Below are positions 47,337-58,708 of a DNA stretch of 64,000 nucleotides, in pieces. The notes beneath the pieces are model-generated. The model did not search any database. It was not told the origin of the DNA and worked only from the letters and a program-made list of their open reading frames with translations. Position 1 is the stretch's first letter, and the number at the start of each line of letters is the position of its first letter. The DNA is taken from assembly GCA_946965045.2 (NCBI GenBank), contig OX337238.1, positions 744,001-808,000 of the forward strand, given 5' to 3'. The translations under genes and the position numbers were made by a program. Source of the DNA: Epithemia pelagica (lineage: Eukaryota; Protista; Bacillariophyta).

Positions 47337-47467
47337 CTTCACATTTGATTATCGTTAGTAACTCATCTTGCGACGTTTCTTCATGTTTTTATTAGCGTAC
47401 GCGGAGATCGAATGGGGTTTTACAAAATATACGTCATCATACGTCATACTGTTATCGCGTCGATTGG

Positions 47468-47497
47468 CAGGACAGGACAGGACAGGACAAGACAAGA
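47468..47497. repeat. (CAGGA)4(CAAGA)2 pentamer microsatellite
   Basis: Directly visible. Confidence 0.9.
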
Positions 47498-48110
47498 AAG
47501 AAAACAGAAAATCCTAGGGGAGCGACAGGCCTGAGATCAAGTAGACGTCGGGTATCAAGAAGGTATGTCCCCATAGGACATAGATACTTCTGTAGCTTGG
47601 AAAACCACTCTTTGATTTCTGGATATCACCATGAGCGACACAGAAGAAGGCACGGACAACATGGACACCGAGGATCCTTCGAGTCATTTGTCATCAAGCG
47701 TTTCATATTCTTCTGTTTGCTGCTGGACTCATTCTCGGTGTGTTTCTCCCTGATATCGTTGGTTTCTAACGAAAGGAGGCGAAGATGAGATTGAAGGGGG
47801 AGGAGCAGAGGGGGGAAGTTCTTTTCCTTCCGGCGGGGAAAACAGAAAAGTGCGCTCTTCTTGCTTCCATCCATCTCGACAGGAGACAACCGTAGTTCCT
47901 CCGCTGCTGGTGTTCAACAAAGGGTGAAGATGCACTCCACTGTTGTCCGGAGTGCAAATCTCAAATCTCTTCTCGTTCAACGTGAAAATCTGAGATTGAA
48001 ACTACTCTCTACTCTACACTACGATTACACTACTTAAGACTTCCAATGATGCTACTGTACAGAATTAGAGAACAATTCTAATTTACAATACAATAGATGT
48101 ACTCGTATCG

Positions 48111-49642
48111 TACGAGCTCCACCGCACGAAAGTTCTTCACGCGGTAGCCCGTGCTTTCAGGGCCTCCACTGTTTTTTCTATAGTGATTCTAACTTGGTAG
48201 GAAGAGCATTACGGTCATTTTGCACTGCATAACACCACCATGGCACACTCAAGCCGGTGTGCACCTCCAACGAAAGGTGCTAGCACTCCGCTGACCATCC
48301 AGGAAGCTTGATCTTCATGTGTACCGTGAGGGAATCGACGGGAAGGGATGAACTGTGAAAATCTGTGGAGCTACAGGAAGATTTGGAAGACCTTCCATTT
48401 TTGGCAACCGGAGTGAAGGAAGTGACCGTGGAAAGAAGACGATGACAATCGATATAATGAATCCAGCATCTCTCTTCTCGCATCAATCAACTCGTCGTCA
48501 TCGATTGGTCTGAACACAACAAATGCGCGCCTCGTCCGTTGGTGGTTCTAACGCAACAAAAGCCTGACTAGTCCTAACAAAACAAGTGTCAACCGTGGGT
48601 CGAAGGGGCATCTTCTACTGCCATCAAGGATGGTGATGCCCGTGGTGTGGCTGCTTCCGACAACAGAGTTCGAGAGGAAGAAGAAGGAGTGGACGCCGCG
48701 GAGCTGTGGTGGCCTTGGTCGAAGAGCCTTGCGAGCGGCAAACTGTTTGGTTCGACAAGTTGATGAGCGGCGACAACGACCAAGACAGGACCACAGATGG
48801 AAACAACAACAACAACACCGAGGTTGTACTGGACCTAAGGACACAACAATAAACAACTGAAAGGTAGTGTTATGGTGCAACAATGGAGGGAGACTTCCCT
48901 TCACTTTTTGGCAGCCTCCTCGGCCGATGTCGCCACAACCCGAACAGGATGGAGAATCACGACAACAAAACCAACAACCACAACGACCGAGCCATCGGAT
49001 GGTGATGATGATACGACACCCACAACCATGACCACAGACACAACCAAGTACATGTAACCAATTGGTTTTGGCCTCGCGTAGCAGTGCATGTCCCCATCAT
49101 AACAATCAACTGGTTGGTTCGGCCGAGTGAAACACTTCGGGGCCACGATAACGACAATGACAACAAACGCAACAATCAACTGCTCTCCATCTCTGTCTCT
49201 CTCAGTTCTACGGTTCTACAACAAGCGCAACAATCAACTCCCTGGTTTGGCTGAAGGAGACAGTCCGGTGCCACGACAACGCGGCCAAACTCAACAATGA
49301 ACTCCTCGTCTCGGCTGAATGCAACAATCTCCTATAACAACGACCACAAGCAGCAGTGGTGGTAACAAAAAATAGGCTTATCATTAGGAAGCGGTTTGTA
49401 CATTTTGCACTAGTATGATTGTTGTTTTACTTCTCGTACAGGAAGGGTAATCGCATACTCGTATCATGGTGAGAGGTTTCATCGGTACGAGGTAACCTTA
49501 CGAGAAAATCAACCGTGGATGAGGGGCAATTCATTTTACTCTTGGAAAATGTATGTTGTAGTGAATCTCGTTGGGCGGAAGTCTCATCAGTTGGTGAAGC
49601 ACGGGCTACTGCGCGAAGAACTTTCGTGCGGTGGAGCTCGTA
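48111..49642. mobile_element. Block bounded by 46-bp inverted repeats (48111-48156 and 49597-49642); possible non-autonomous DNA element
   Basis: Left TACGAGCTCCACCGCACGAAAGTTCTTCACGCGGTAGCCCGTGCTT matches the reverse complement of the right arm at 44/46. Outer GTACTCGT (48099) and ACGAGTAC (49656) are also inverted. No transposase or clear target-site duplication seen. Confidence 0.45.
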
Positions 49643-49819
49643 GGTGAATGCGAGCACGAGTACAATATAGAGGCATATTTAATTCATGGCTCTTTGCATC
49701 CGTTGAAATACTTAAGCCCAATCCTTTTTTCTTCAGTCGCAGAAGCACGAAATGGTCAAAACTCGACTTGGTTGACCGGTGGCATGGTTCGTGCTCCTGC
49801 TGCTGCTGTTGTTGCCGCA

Positions 49820-50668
49820 ATGAGTATTAGGAATGGCAACAACAGTTGTTGTTCCTTGTTTATCTATGGCACACTCATGGCGCCTGAAGTACTTGATTGG
49901 CTGTTGTCTGGAAAGAAACGTTTCACCAAGGTCGACGGTGCCGAGAATGGTGTGTCCCAAGCAGCTGAGGTACTCGACTGCACCACCGACCAACAGCGCA
50001 GGACAAAAAGGTTGAAACTGACGAGTCACACAAACTCGCAAGAAGATTCCTCGTCTTTGTCACCCAGTCCAAGTATTGCCATGTTTCCGGCTCGATTGGT
50101 TCAAGATAAGATCGGTGGTAATTCCTACCAACGATATCCGATACGAAATGCTGTTTTTCCAGCATTGTATCCAATCACCCAGACAGACCGTCCTCATGGC
50201 CGCCATGACACTCTGCGTCCTGTTCAAGGCATGTATTTACCAGTGGTGACACTGGGGCAGTTGCGCATTTTGGACTTTTTTGAAGATGTTGGCCACTTTT
50301 ACGAACGACGATCGGTCCAGGTGGAACTCTTGGAGGAATCTGTTTCACTAGCTTCGAAAAGCGAATCAGAAGCTACAAAACCAAGCAGTTCGGCCTCTAC
50401 TGCAGAAAGTGCTGACTCTCTGGAGGGTAGGATCCGATCATGCGAGGCCTATATTTACACAGGAGACAGTGACATACTTGTCATGGACCAAGGAGACTGG
50501 GATTACCAAGCGTTTCGAGACAAACATCTTACATCCTTCTTGGAAAATGCGGTCGAGCCCACTGTCAAAGAGTTGCATTCGTTGGGCTACTACGATTATT
50601 TAACCAGCGACAAGACGACGAATGACGAGAAAAAGAAGGACGCCAGCAAAATGCATGAGAGTTTGTAG
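49820..50668 (+). CDS. AIG2-like / gamma-glutamylcyclotransferase-fold protein (282 aa)
   Basis: SLFIYGTLM, YQRYPIRNAVFPAL, LDFFED..FYERRSVQV, CEAYIY, WDYQAF. Confidence 0.82.
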   Translation: MSIRNGNNSCCSLFIYGTLMAPEVLDWLLSGKKRFTKVDGAENGVSQAAEVLDCTTDQQRRTKRLKLTSHTNSQEDSSSLSPSPSIAMFPARLVQDKIGGNSYQRYPIRNAVFPALYPITQTDRPHGRHDTLRPVQGMYLPVVTLGQLRILDFFEDVGHFYERRSVQVELLEESVSLASKSESEATKPSSSASTAESADSLEGRIRSCEAYIYTGDSDILVMDQGDWDYQAFRDKHLTSFLENAVEPTVKELHSLGYYDYLTSDKTTNDEKKKDASKMHESL

Positions 50669-51200
50669 CCAGCGGCAACACGTAGAAGGGCACTCGTTGA
50701 TCGATAGAGGTTCGTGTCATGTCGATCATGCATGGCACCATGTCCTCTGTATACCAGCTATGGGCGGTTGAAAGGTCACTACTGTCAATGTGAGCTGTGA
50801 AGCAACGAAATCTGTGTTCATTTTGGATCGACAGTCATTTGCCCTTGTGAACGTCAAACACGGGCCATCAAAACCAGTGACGAACGATTATGACGAGACA
50901 CTTGCATTAGTTTCTTTTGCTCCTAAAACGTGTTGTTATTAACTCTTTGCTCTAAAAGACCTTTTCATTCAATCCATGTTTTGGAAACAATGGACTCAAA
51001 AGAAACAAGGTTCCACTGCATTTCAAACTCTAATCAGATTCAAAACATCTCTCACAAACAATGATCCAAACACTTGATGCATTTCTCCATGCCACAGCAA
51101 ACCAAGATTTGTAACAGATTCTCACGTTCCCCAGACGTCTGTCGTTGGTTCTCCACCCATGCTGTGGTCATGTCGTCCTTCCTTCACATGATTCGTGCAA

Positions 51201-51787
51201 TTATTTGGCTCGTTTCTTGTTGCCACTCAAACCAGCACTCAACAAATCATCAACGGATTCTTTTTTCTTGTCCACCTTTTTGCGTGGAACGGGTCCACTC
51301 GAAGTGGGTTCGTTGGATTGTTCGGCCGCTTTTTGTTGTTTGGCGGCCACCTTGGCTTGCAAGGCAGCCGCATCACTCGCATTGCGTTGAAGTGGATCTC
51401 CACCCTACTCCAATGTCGTTTCAGTTGAGATAATCATGTATAGGTAGTGTGTTGTTCCCAAAGAGCGATCGCATGGCCAGAGTCGAAAGGCCGATCATTC
51501 CATTGCGAGCGAAATACAAGTGCGACGAGTTCCGAATAGAAATTACCCACAGGATTACGATGAGAGCCAAGAAACAGTTAGATGAAAAAGTTTTGTAGAC
51601 CGTTGCGAGAGAGAATCTCACTGAAATCAGCAATGCTACGGAAGTGACGTCCTCGCCATGCCACCCACAACAGCAGCATCCCCAGACTCAACTCTATGGA
51701 ACGCACCTTGGTGTTAGCCTTAGCCTTTTGTTGTTGTTTCGCCAAGTTCTTGGCCCGATCTCGCTCTCTTTGGTCTCCTCGTGACAT
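51201..51787 (-). CDS. SERF: Small EDRK-rich factor (SERF/4F5 family), 94 aa; exons 51787-51707 and 51404-51201
   Basis: MSRGDQRERDRAKNLAK N-terminus; a phase-0 intron (GTGCGT...GTAG, 302 nt) joins GGDPLQRNASDAAALQAKVAAKQQK...RAK*, an exon absent from the ORF track. Confidence 0.88.
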
Positions 51788-52301
51788 GACGAATACTCTA
51801 TTACAACAAGTAGTAAAACTGGGTTAGAGGCGAATGGCGGAACCAATGCGCGACAAGGACTTCCAAAAACGTGGGATTTCAATACCTGTGTCTCAAGAGG
51901 TGAAACGAGTCTCTCGAAAATGAATCTCTCTCGTACAAGAAGAACCGTACTCGTCTTTGGCGTTTGGCTCTTGCGTCGTTGTGATTTACGTGTGCGATGT
52001 GGCACCATGGCCAAACATTTCATCGCTGGTCGCGGTTCTGTATACTCCCCGAAGTAACTCCGTTTCCGTTGATTCTACACAAACGATCTATAGTCCAAGT
52101 GGATAGCGACGCACAGGTTTTGTCGATTCGGATTCCCTGCTCTGCTCCCATACCATTTCCATGGCTGTAAACCTCCCTCCAACTCCAAACAGCAAAAGAG
52201 CGAGGAGAGATGACTTACCATGGATGATAATTAGGAGTCTCTCGACTTGCTACTGTGTTCCAGGCGCCATCAGAGGTGTCATGTGACGCTATAGAAACAC
52301 A

Positions 52302-53588
52302 ATGGAAGGATTAAGTGCCTATGGTTCTGACGATGATGATGATGACAACCAAAACCAAAGTATCACACCAGGCAATTCTACAAGCACTACGACCGCACAC
52401 CATGACATACCGTTGGAAACCACAACTATGAACAACGAAGGCTTACCAGTGACTAGAGCATCTACACATGGTCGGGAATCGGATCGGAAGGTTCAGGGAC
52501 ACCCGTTCAAGAAGTTTAAGACAAGAGACCCTGCGACAACAAACCACCGTCAGGTCGGTCGAATGAACATTGCACATGACATTCGTCATGGCATTAAACA
52601 AGATGCCGGTGATCTTGAATGGAAGAAACTAACAATTCCGATTTGGACAGAAGAGGAGGCACGGAACCATGAAATTTTTGTACGCAATGAGCCTCATGTA
52701 CGAGGTAATTGGGCTGGATTGGTTTATCTTAGGGTACACAACAATCGAAACTCCAATGATACAGACGATGAGGACGAGGAATGGGAACGTGATCGAGAAT
52801 TGCAATGGAACCGCTGGAATCGAGAATCGTACCACCATATCCTTTGTCAATCCAAATCTCCGACTGGTTGCCCAAAGACGGGGGACCGAGAGCCTTTATC
52901 ATCGTCCTCGATGCCACCCTGTTTGGTATGGCACGACGAACCCCACATTTCCTTGACACGCACCTTTTATGTCCAAGCGGCCAATATCCCTTCCTTTTTG
53001 CAACACTTGCAACAACGCATCGCGACATGGGCGTCTCCTCAACAACGACTGGAACTGCACCAACGTCCACTGATCAAGCTTGTCAATGACGAACAGTCTC
53101 GTTCGTTTTGGGCCTGGCCAGTAGTTTCTTCCAAAGGTCCGTCGCACCACAACCACGACGACAAAAACGGTGAGAGTAACAGCGGTTGCCATGACACAAC
53201 AGCTTCCCCTCGTTGGTTGACTCAATGGGTCCACGATTTGGATGACTTGTTGCAAAACTATCAGCAACCTCCCTACTACGATCCTCCGACCTTTCATGCC
53301 AGTTTCGCTTCGTATCCTTTGGTCGATAACACAAAGAAAAGCCACAAGGCCCACCATTCTTTGGGACACCGCAACAAGAAGAAGGAACCCTTGGACAAGG
53401 GCCAGCACAATCAGATGCCATTCGTTGCGGCCGTCATGAGCGATAAGGACAAGGATGGGAAGGAATGGCGATCCGCTTCAACCTCCTCGTCCAGTGCAAC
53501 ATGGGAATTTGAGGTGACCCATGTGTATTGTCGCATCGGTCATGAGGTACACTGTTTTGCGTTGGAGGAGCCTCTGAAACCGCGATAG
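52302..53588 (+). CDS. USB1: U6 snRNA phosphodiesterase (2H family)
   Basis: RNEPHVRGNWAGLVY, PHISLTRTF and YYDPPTFHASFA (two HxS motifs), LVNDEQSRSF. Confidence 0.85.
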   Translation: MEGLSAYGSDDDDDDNQNQSITPGNSTSTTTAHHDIPLETTTMNNEGLPVTRASTHGRESDRKVQGHPFKKFKTRDPATTNHRQVGRMNIAHDIRHGIKQDAGDLEWKKLTIPIWTEEEARNHEIFVRNEPHVRGNWAGLVYLRVHNNRNSNDTDDEDEEWERDRELQWNRWNRESYHHILCQSKSPTGCPKTGDREPLSSSSMPPCLVWHDEPHISLTRTFYVQAANIPSFLQHLQQRIATWASPQQRLELHQRPLIKLVNDEQSRSFWAWPVVSSKGPSHHNHDDKNGESNSGCHDTTASPRWLTQWVHDLDDLLQNYQQPPYYDPPTFHASFASYPLVDNTKKSHKAHHSLGHRNKKKEPLDKGQHNQMPFVAAVMSDKDKDGKEWRSASTSSSSATWEFEVTHVYCRIGHEVHCFALEEPLKPR

Positions 53589-53669
53589 ATAAACGACCCC
53601 GCCACTCGTCCAACGAATCGAAATTGCTTCGTTTTAGGATTGCCATCATTCTCTTACTCGCATTGTGAT

Positions 53670-55247
53670 TTATTGGTTTGTAGCATTGGCACTCTGTTTG
53701 GGAGCGGTGGGACAATGACGTGAATTGGCAATTCGACTGTAAAAGGGTACCACCATGGAAGGCTTGGAGGAGGATAAACGTTTGGCCACAACAATCATGC
53801 GACAAGCCCGTTTCTGGTAATTCCAAGACGGTGGTTCATCGAGATCGAGCCAGGACGAATAGGGAATGAGTAATTCCGCATGGTCCACTTCTTGCCACAA
53901 TTGAATCGTATCCAACGAAACATTTGACGACGACAATGACGACAACTCTGTGGCATTGGTCCGGCTCTCATTCTTGTTGGAGAGTACATGGTCAAAGGCT
54001 CGCTTGAGCAAAATGACTCCCAACGGATCGTTTTGGGGATCCAATTCGGCAAGGCCTTCAAACCTTGTGCCGGCGGTAGTCAGTGACGTTGTATGGGAAC
54101 TGGTGATTCCCTTTGCACTAGATTCTTGTTGTCGTTCTTCTCGTAGTCGATAGTACTGCAAGAATTGTTGTAAATATTCCCATACAATTTCATGTTGTGG
54201 TGTGACCGCCATGAAGGCTTGAAAAAAGGCACCGACATGATTCGAGTGTCGATGCACTCGGACCGTGGCAAAGGTGGTGGTCCGGTCCAACACAGTCCAC
54301 AAGTTGAGACGGACACCGAGATCGACATCGACATACAATCCGCCCAATTCGTACAAGGCGGCACCGCGACACAGGTCGGCCTTGAACATGCCCACGGGTT
54401 CGTGACGAAAATAGGGGACCAAGGCCGGCAGGACCCGTTGCAAACTGGCTTGACAGTCGGCATTGGTCCAAAAATACGCGCGTGCCGTGGGATGCAACTG
54501 CAGGGTATGCGCCACATTGTCTTGGAGTGCTTCGAGTTCGACTTGCTGATCCAAGGGGAGCGTGTCCCAGTTCGGACGAGTGGGGGTAGCCTGGTGGGTG
54601 CGTGCAAAGGGTGGTAGCAAATTGTACTGGTGCGTAAAAATCAAATGATTGGGAATGGCATGGACATGATAATGTGTAGATTCGTTCGTGTGGTGGTTGT
54701 GAGAGAATGGCGGTGTCCACGACGGTACTATAGGTCTCGTACTTGTTGTTTTTGTTGTTGTGGTGGTGGTAGCCAATGTTCGTCCCCCGCGAACCATCAA
54801 TGGATGGGTGGGATGGACCGCCAAAAACGAAAACGTCCGCTGTGGTGGCTGTGGATTGATGGAAAGGATGGTCCACATCACAAGCACACTGATGGATACC
54901 ACCACAAGGAGACTCCGCCCTATTCGATTCCAGAAACAACGACTCTTCTTCTTCTTCGTGCCTCGTTGGTCAGAGACTACTCCAGTGTTGAATGGCAAGA
55001 CCCAGCCCCAGAATGCTGCCCAACGAGGAGGGTAGGAGATGCTCGAGCTCCAGAAGAAGTTTGTGGAGAAAGATGGTGATGATGATGATGATGCTGTTGT
55101 GCGGGTGGACGTCCAAACGGTTTGGGGAGATTTGTGTTGTCGTCGTCGTCTGGTTCGAAACAACAAGGAGCTGCTGCTGTTCTGGAGTTGGTGGTCGTCC
55201 ATGGTGCTGGTTGTCTCTGCTCCTGTATCGTCTTCTTGGTTTGGCAT
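53670..55247 (-). CDS. GT32-family DXD glycosyltransferase, type II membrane protein
   Basis: TM SLLVVVSISVLVMWTILSI; IPNHLIFTH; MFKADLCRGAALYELGGLYVDVD. Confidence 0.85.
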   Translation of the reverse strand: MPNQEDDTGAETTSTMDDHQLQNSSSSLLFRTRRRRQHKSPQTVWTSTRTTASSSSSPSFSTNFFWSSSISYPPRWAAFWGWVLPFNTGVVSDQRGTKKKKSRCFWNRIGRSLLVVVSISVLVMWTILSINPQPPQRTFSFLAVHPTHPLMVRGGRTLATTTTTTKTTSTRPIVPSWTPPFSHNHHTNESTHYHVHAIPNHLIFTHQYNLLPPFARTHQATPTRPNWDTLPLDQQVELEALQDNVAHTLQLHPTARAYFWTNADCQASLQRVLPALVPYFRHEPVGMFKADLCRGAALYELGGLYVDVDLGVRLNLWTVLDRTTTFATVRVHRHSNHVGAFFQAFMAVTPQHEIVWEYLQQFLQYYRLREERQQESSAKGITSSHTTSLTTAGTRFEGLAELDPQNDPLGVILLKRAFDHVLSNKNESRTNATELSSLSSSNVSLDTIQLWQEVDHAELLIPYSSWLDLDEPPSWNYQKRACRMIVVAKRLSSSKPSMVVPFYSRIANSRHCPTAPKQSANATNQ

Positions 55248-55777
55248 TCTACTCAAATGTAGCTGTTTGAATGAGAAAGATTCTATCCCAACAACAGTTC
55301 ACACAGGAACATAGACTGTGGATGAGTATATGGTGGTGTGATCGCGGATTCGGATTTCGGATGGCGGCGATGGGATGCTCTGTTGTTTTGTTGGTGCGTC
55401 TATTATGTCTTGTTGCAATCGTCCGGCTCGGCTTTTGTGCCGGACGAGCGGCATGGCATGTGCGCATCTTCATTCTCCAAGGAGATTTGCACTGGCGCAT
55501 CTATCTCTTGCAACTTGCAACCGATATCTCTTGACTCCTTCATCCCACAGAAATTCTAGAAGGAGAAAACATTCTTTCATTGCAAGGGGTCTTGCTCTCG
55601 CTGGCTCTCTTCCTACCTCGCTCATTGTCTTTAGGAGTACCTTCTACTCCTACTCCTACTAGCGAGAGCTACCCGGGCTATGTATGCAATTCATTTACAC
55701 GCGACTGGATCGCGACAGAAAAACGACAGGTATCTTTGAAATCAGAAAATGGTCCTCCATGGAAACAGAATGAGAGA

Positions 55778-58708
55778 ATGTGGAATCGCCCTCCCCTTTG
55801 TACGCGAATCACTTGGAATTGGCCAAGGACCCTGAGAACCGGTGGTCCTCACCGCTCCTGGAGTGTTTGGGCCTGTCGTAGGAATGGACCATCCGCTGAA
55901 CCACACCACTCCCCGTTACCACCTTCAGGTCTTGCTGGTCCCCACAATGCTTGGACGACGAATCGTTGGGGTGGTGGCGGTGGTGCAGCAAGCAGCAGCA
56001 TCAGTAACATTCGTCGTCGGTATTTGCATTTGACACCCCGTGAAGTGAATCATTTGCAATTGCATCAAGCGGGTCGTTTGGCGCAATATCGATTGGCGCG
56101 AGGGATTCGATTGAATCATCCGGAAGCGGTCGCTCTCTTGACGATGCAACTCATGGAAGAAATTCGACGGGGAGCCATGTCCGTGGCAGACTTGATGGAA
56201 TGGGGATCCACCTTGTTGGGCACGCTCCAAGTGTTGCCCGGCATTCCGGCATTGATTCCCCAAGTCCAAGTGGAAGCCACCTTTCCGGATGGAACCAAAT
56301 TGTTAACCTTGCATGATCCGATTGTACAGAGACATGGGAATCTACAAGCCGCGTTGGAAGGTTCCTTTTTGCCAGTACCAGATGTGTCCTTGTTTCTTCC
56401 AGACCCGGACGAGACTACCACCAACAATACCAACAACAACAACCATTGGTCGCCCGGTCAAGTGACCGTGTCGACCGAATCGCCAGACATTGTCTTGAAT
56501 GCGGGACGCGAACTGGTGGAAGTGGCCGTGACGAATACGGGCGATCGACCCATTCAAGTGGGAAGTCATTATGCCTTTGTCGAAACCAATCGCATGTTGT
56601 CCTTTGATCGACAAGTGGCCATTGGCAAACGCTTGAATATACCAGCCGGAACCTCGGTTCGATTTGAACCAGGAGAAGTCAAACCCGTCACCTTGGTGGC
56701 CCTGGGAGGCCAACAAATTGTTCATTCTGGCAATGGTTTGACACAAGGTCCAGCGACAACCGAACGACACGAGGAAATTATGCAACGGGTCCACAATCAA
56801 GGATTTTTGCATCAACCCACCACCACTGTCGTACCTGGACGAGCGTATGTCATGGACCGCCTTTCCTATGCCGACATGTACGGACCTACCGTGGGGGACA
56901 AGATTGCCTTGGGTGATACACAGTTGGAAATTCAAGTCGAACAGGATCATACCGTGTACGGGGACGAATGCAAATTTGGGGGTGGCAAAACCATTCGCGA
57001 AGGCATGGGACAACAAACCAGTGTCGGACCGGACGTGGCCTTGGATGTGGTCATTACCAATGCCTTGATTGTCGATGCCGTGACGGGCATTGTCAAGGCC
57101 GATATTGGAATTCGGGGCAATCGAATTGTCGGCATTGGCAAGGCGGGCAATCCCGATACCATGGACGGCGTCCTCCCCAACAACAACAACGACACTCCCT
57201 TGATTGTCGGTGCCACGACCGAAGTGATTGCCGGAGAAAAATTAATTGTCACGGCCGGGGGAGTGGATACCCACATTCATTGGATTTGTCCCCAACAAAT
57301 TGAAGAAGCCGTGGCCAGTGGTGTCACCACCATGTTTGGAGGAGGCACCGGACCGGTATGTGCGCGTTCGTGCTGACACCCGCATTTGTCATTTTCGGAT
57401 TGTCCTGTGTTGTTTGGGATTCCTTGGCTCACCGTTTGCATCTCTTGCATTCTTTTTCAATGTTTTGTATGCATTGGTCAGTCGGCTGGAACATGTGCCA
57501 CGACATGCACACCCTCACCGTCTCAAGTCGAAATGATGTTGCAAGCCACCGATCAGTATGCTCTGAATTTTGGGTTTTCGGGCAAGGGCAATACCAGTGA
57601 TCCTTCCGTCTTACAAAAGGTGTTGGAATCGGGTGCCGCCGGGTTTAAACTGCACGAAGATTGGGGCACAACTCCCTCGGCCATTGATGCCGCCTTGACG
57701 TTTGCCGAACAACACGATGTAGCCATTACCATTCATACCGATACCTTGAATGAATCGGGCTTTGTCCAAGATTCCATCCATGCCATGAAAGGACGGACCA
57801 TTCATACCTATCACACGGAAGGAGCCGGTGGAGGACATGCGCCCGATATCATCAAGATTGTTCAGGAACCATACGTTTTGCCCAGTTCCACCAATCCAAC
57901 CCGGCCCTTTACGATCAACACGGTCGATGAGCATTTGGATATGCTCATGGTGTGTCATCATTTGGATAGCAGCATTCCAGAAGATGTGGCCTTTGCCGAG
58001 TCTCGGATTCGAGCCGAAACGATTGCGGCCGAAGATATTCTGCACGACATGGGTGCCATTAGTATGATTTCCTCCGACAGTCAAGCCATGGGTCGTGTCG
58101 GCGAGGTCATTACCCGAACGTGGCAAACCGCTGACAAAATGAAGCAGCAACGAGGACGCTTACCGGGTGAAGATGCTCGCCAAAACAATGACAACTTTCG
58201 TGTCAAACGTTACATTGCCAAATACACGTTGAATCCAGCCATTACTCATGGCTTTGGACACTTGATTGGTTCTGTGGAAGTGGGGAAAATGGCCGATTTG
58301 GTCTTGTGGAAACCAAGTTTGTTTGGAGCCAAGCCCGAAATGATCATCAAGGGTGGTACCATTTCCTATGCCCAAATGGGCGATCCCAATGCCTCCATTC
58401 CCACGCCTCAACCGGTCTTGATGCGACCCATGTTTGGTGCCTCGACCGCCCAATCCAATTCGGTAGCCTTTGTGTCTCAAGCGGCCGCATCGCCATCCAT
58501 GAATTTGAAGGAACGATTGGGATTGCAAAAACCCTTGGAGGCTGTTCGAAATTGTCGAAACCTGACCAAGGCGGATATGCTGTGGAACGATGCCACACCA
58601 GAAATGGAGGTGAACCCCGAAACCTTTCAAGTGCGAGCGAATGGAGAATTGCTGACCTGTGAACCCGTGGACAAGGTTTCACTTGGACAACGGTTCTTCC
58701 TGTTTTGA
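55778..58708 (+). CDS. URE: Urease, fused gamma-beta-alpha eukaryotic type (~934 aa) with N-terminal leader; exons 55778-57355 and 57482-58708
   Basis: [84 protein letters not shown]; a 126-nt intron restores GGGTGP|[11 protein letters not shown]. Confidence 0.97.

Noticed and set aside
47597-47980. Cluster of short ORFs downstream of the kinesin
   Set aside because: All under 90 aa, mostly non-ATG starts or low complexity, no motifs or convincing splice model.
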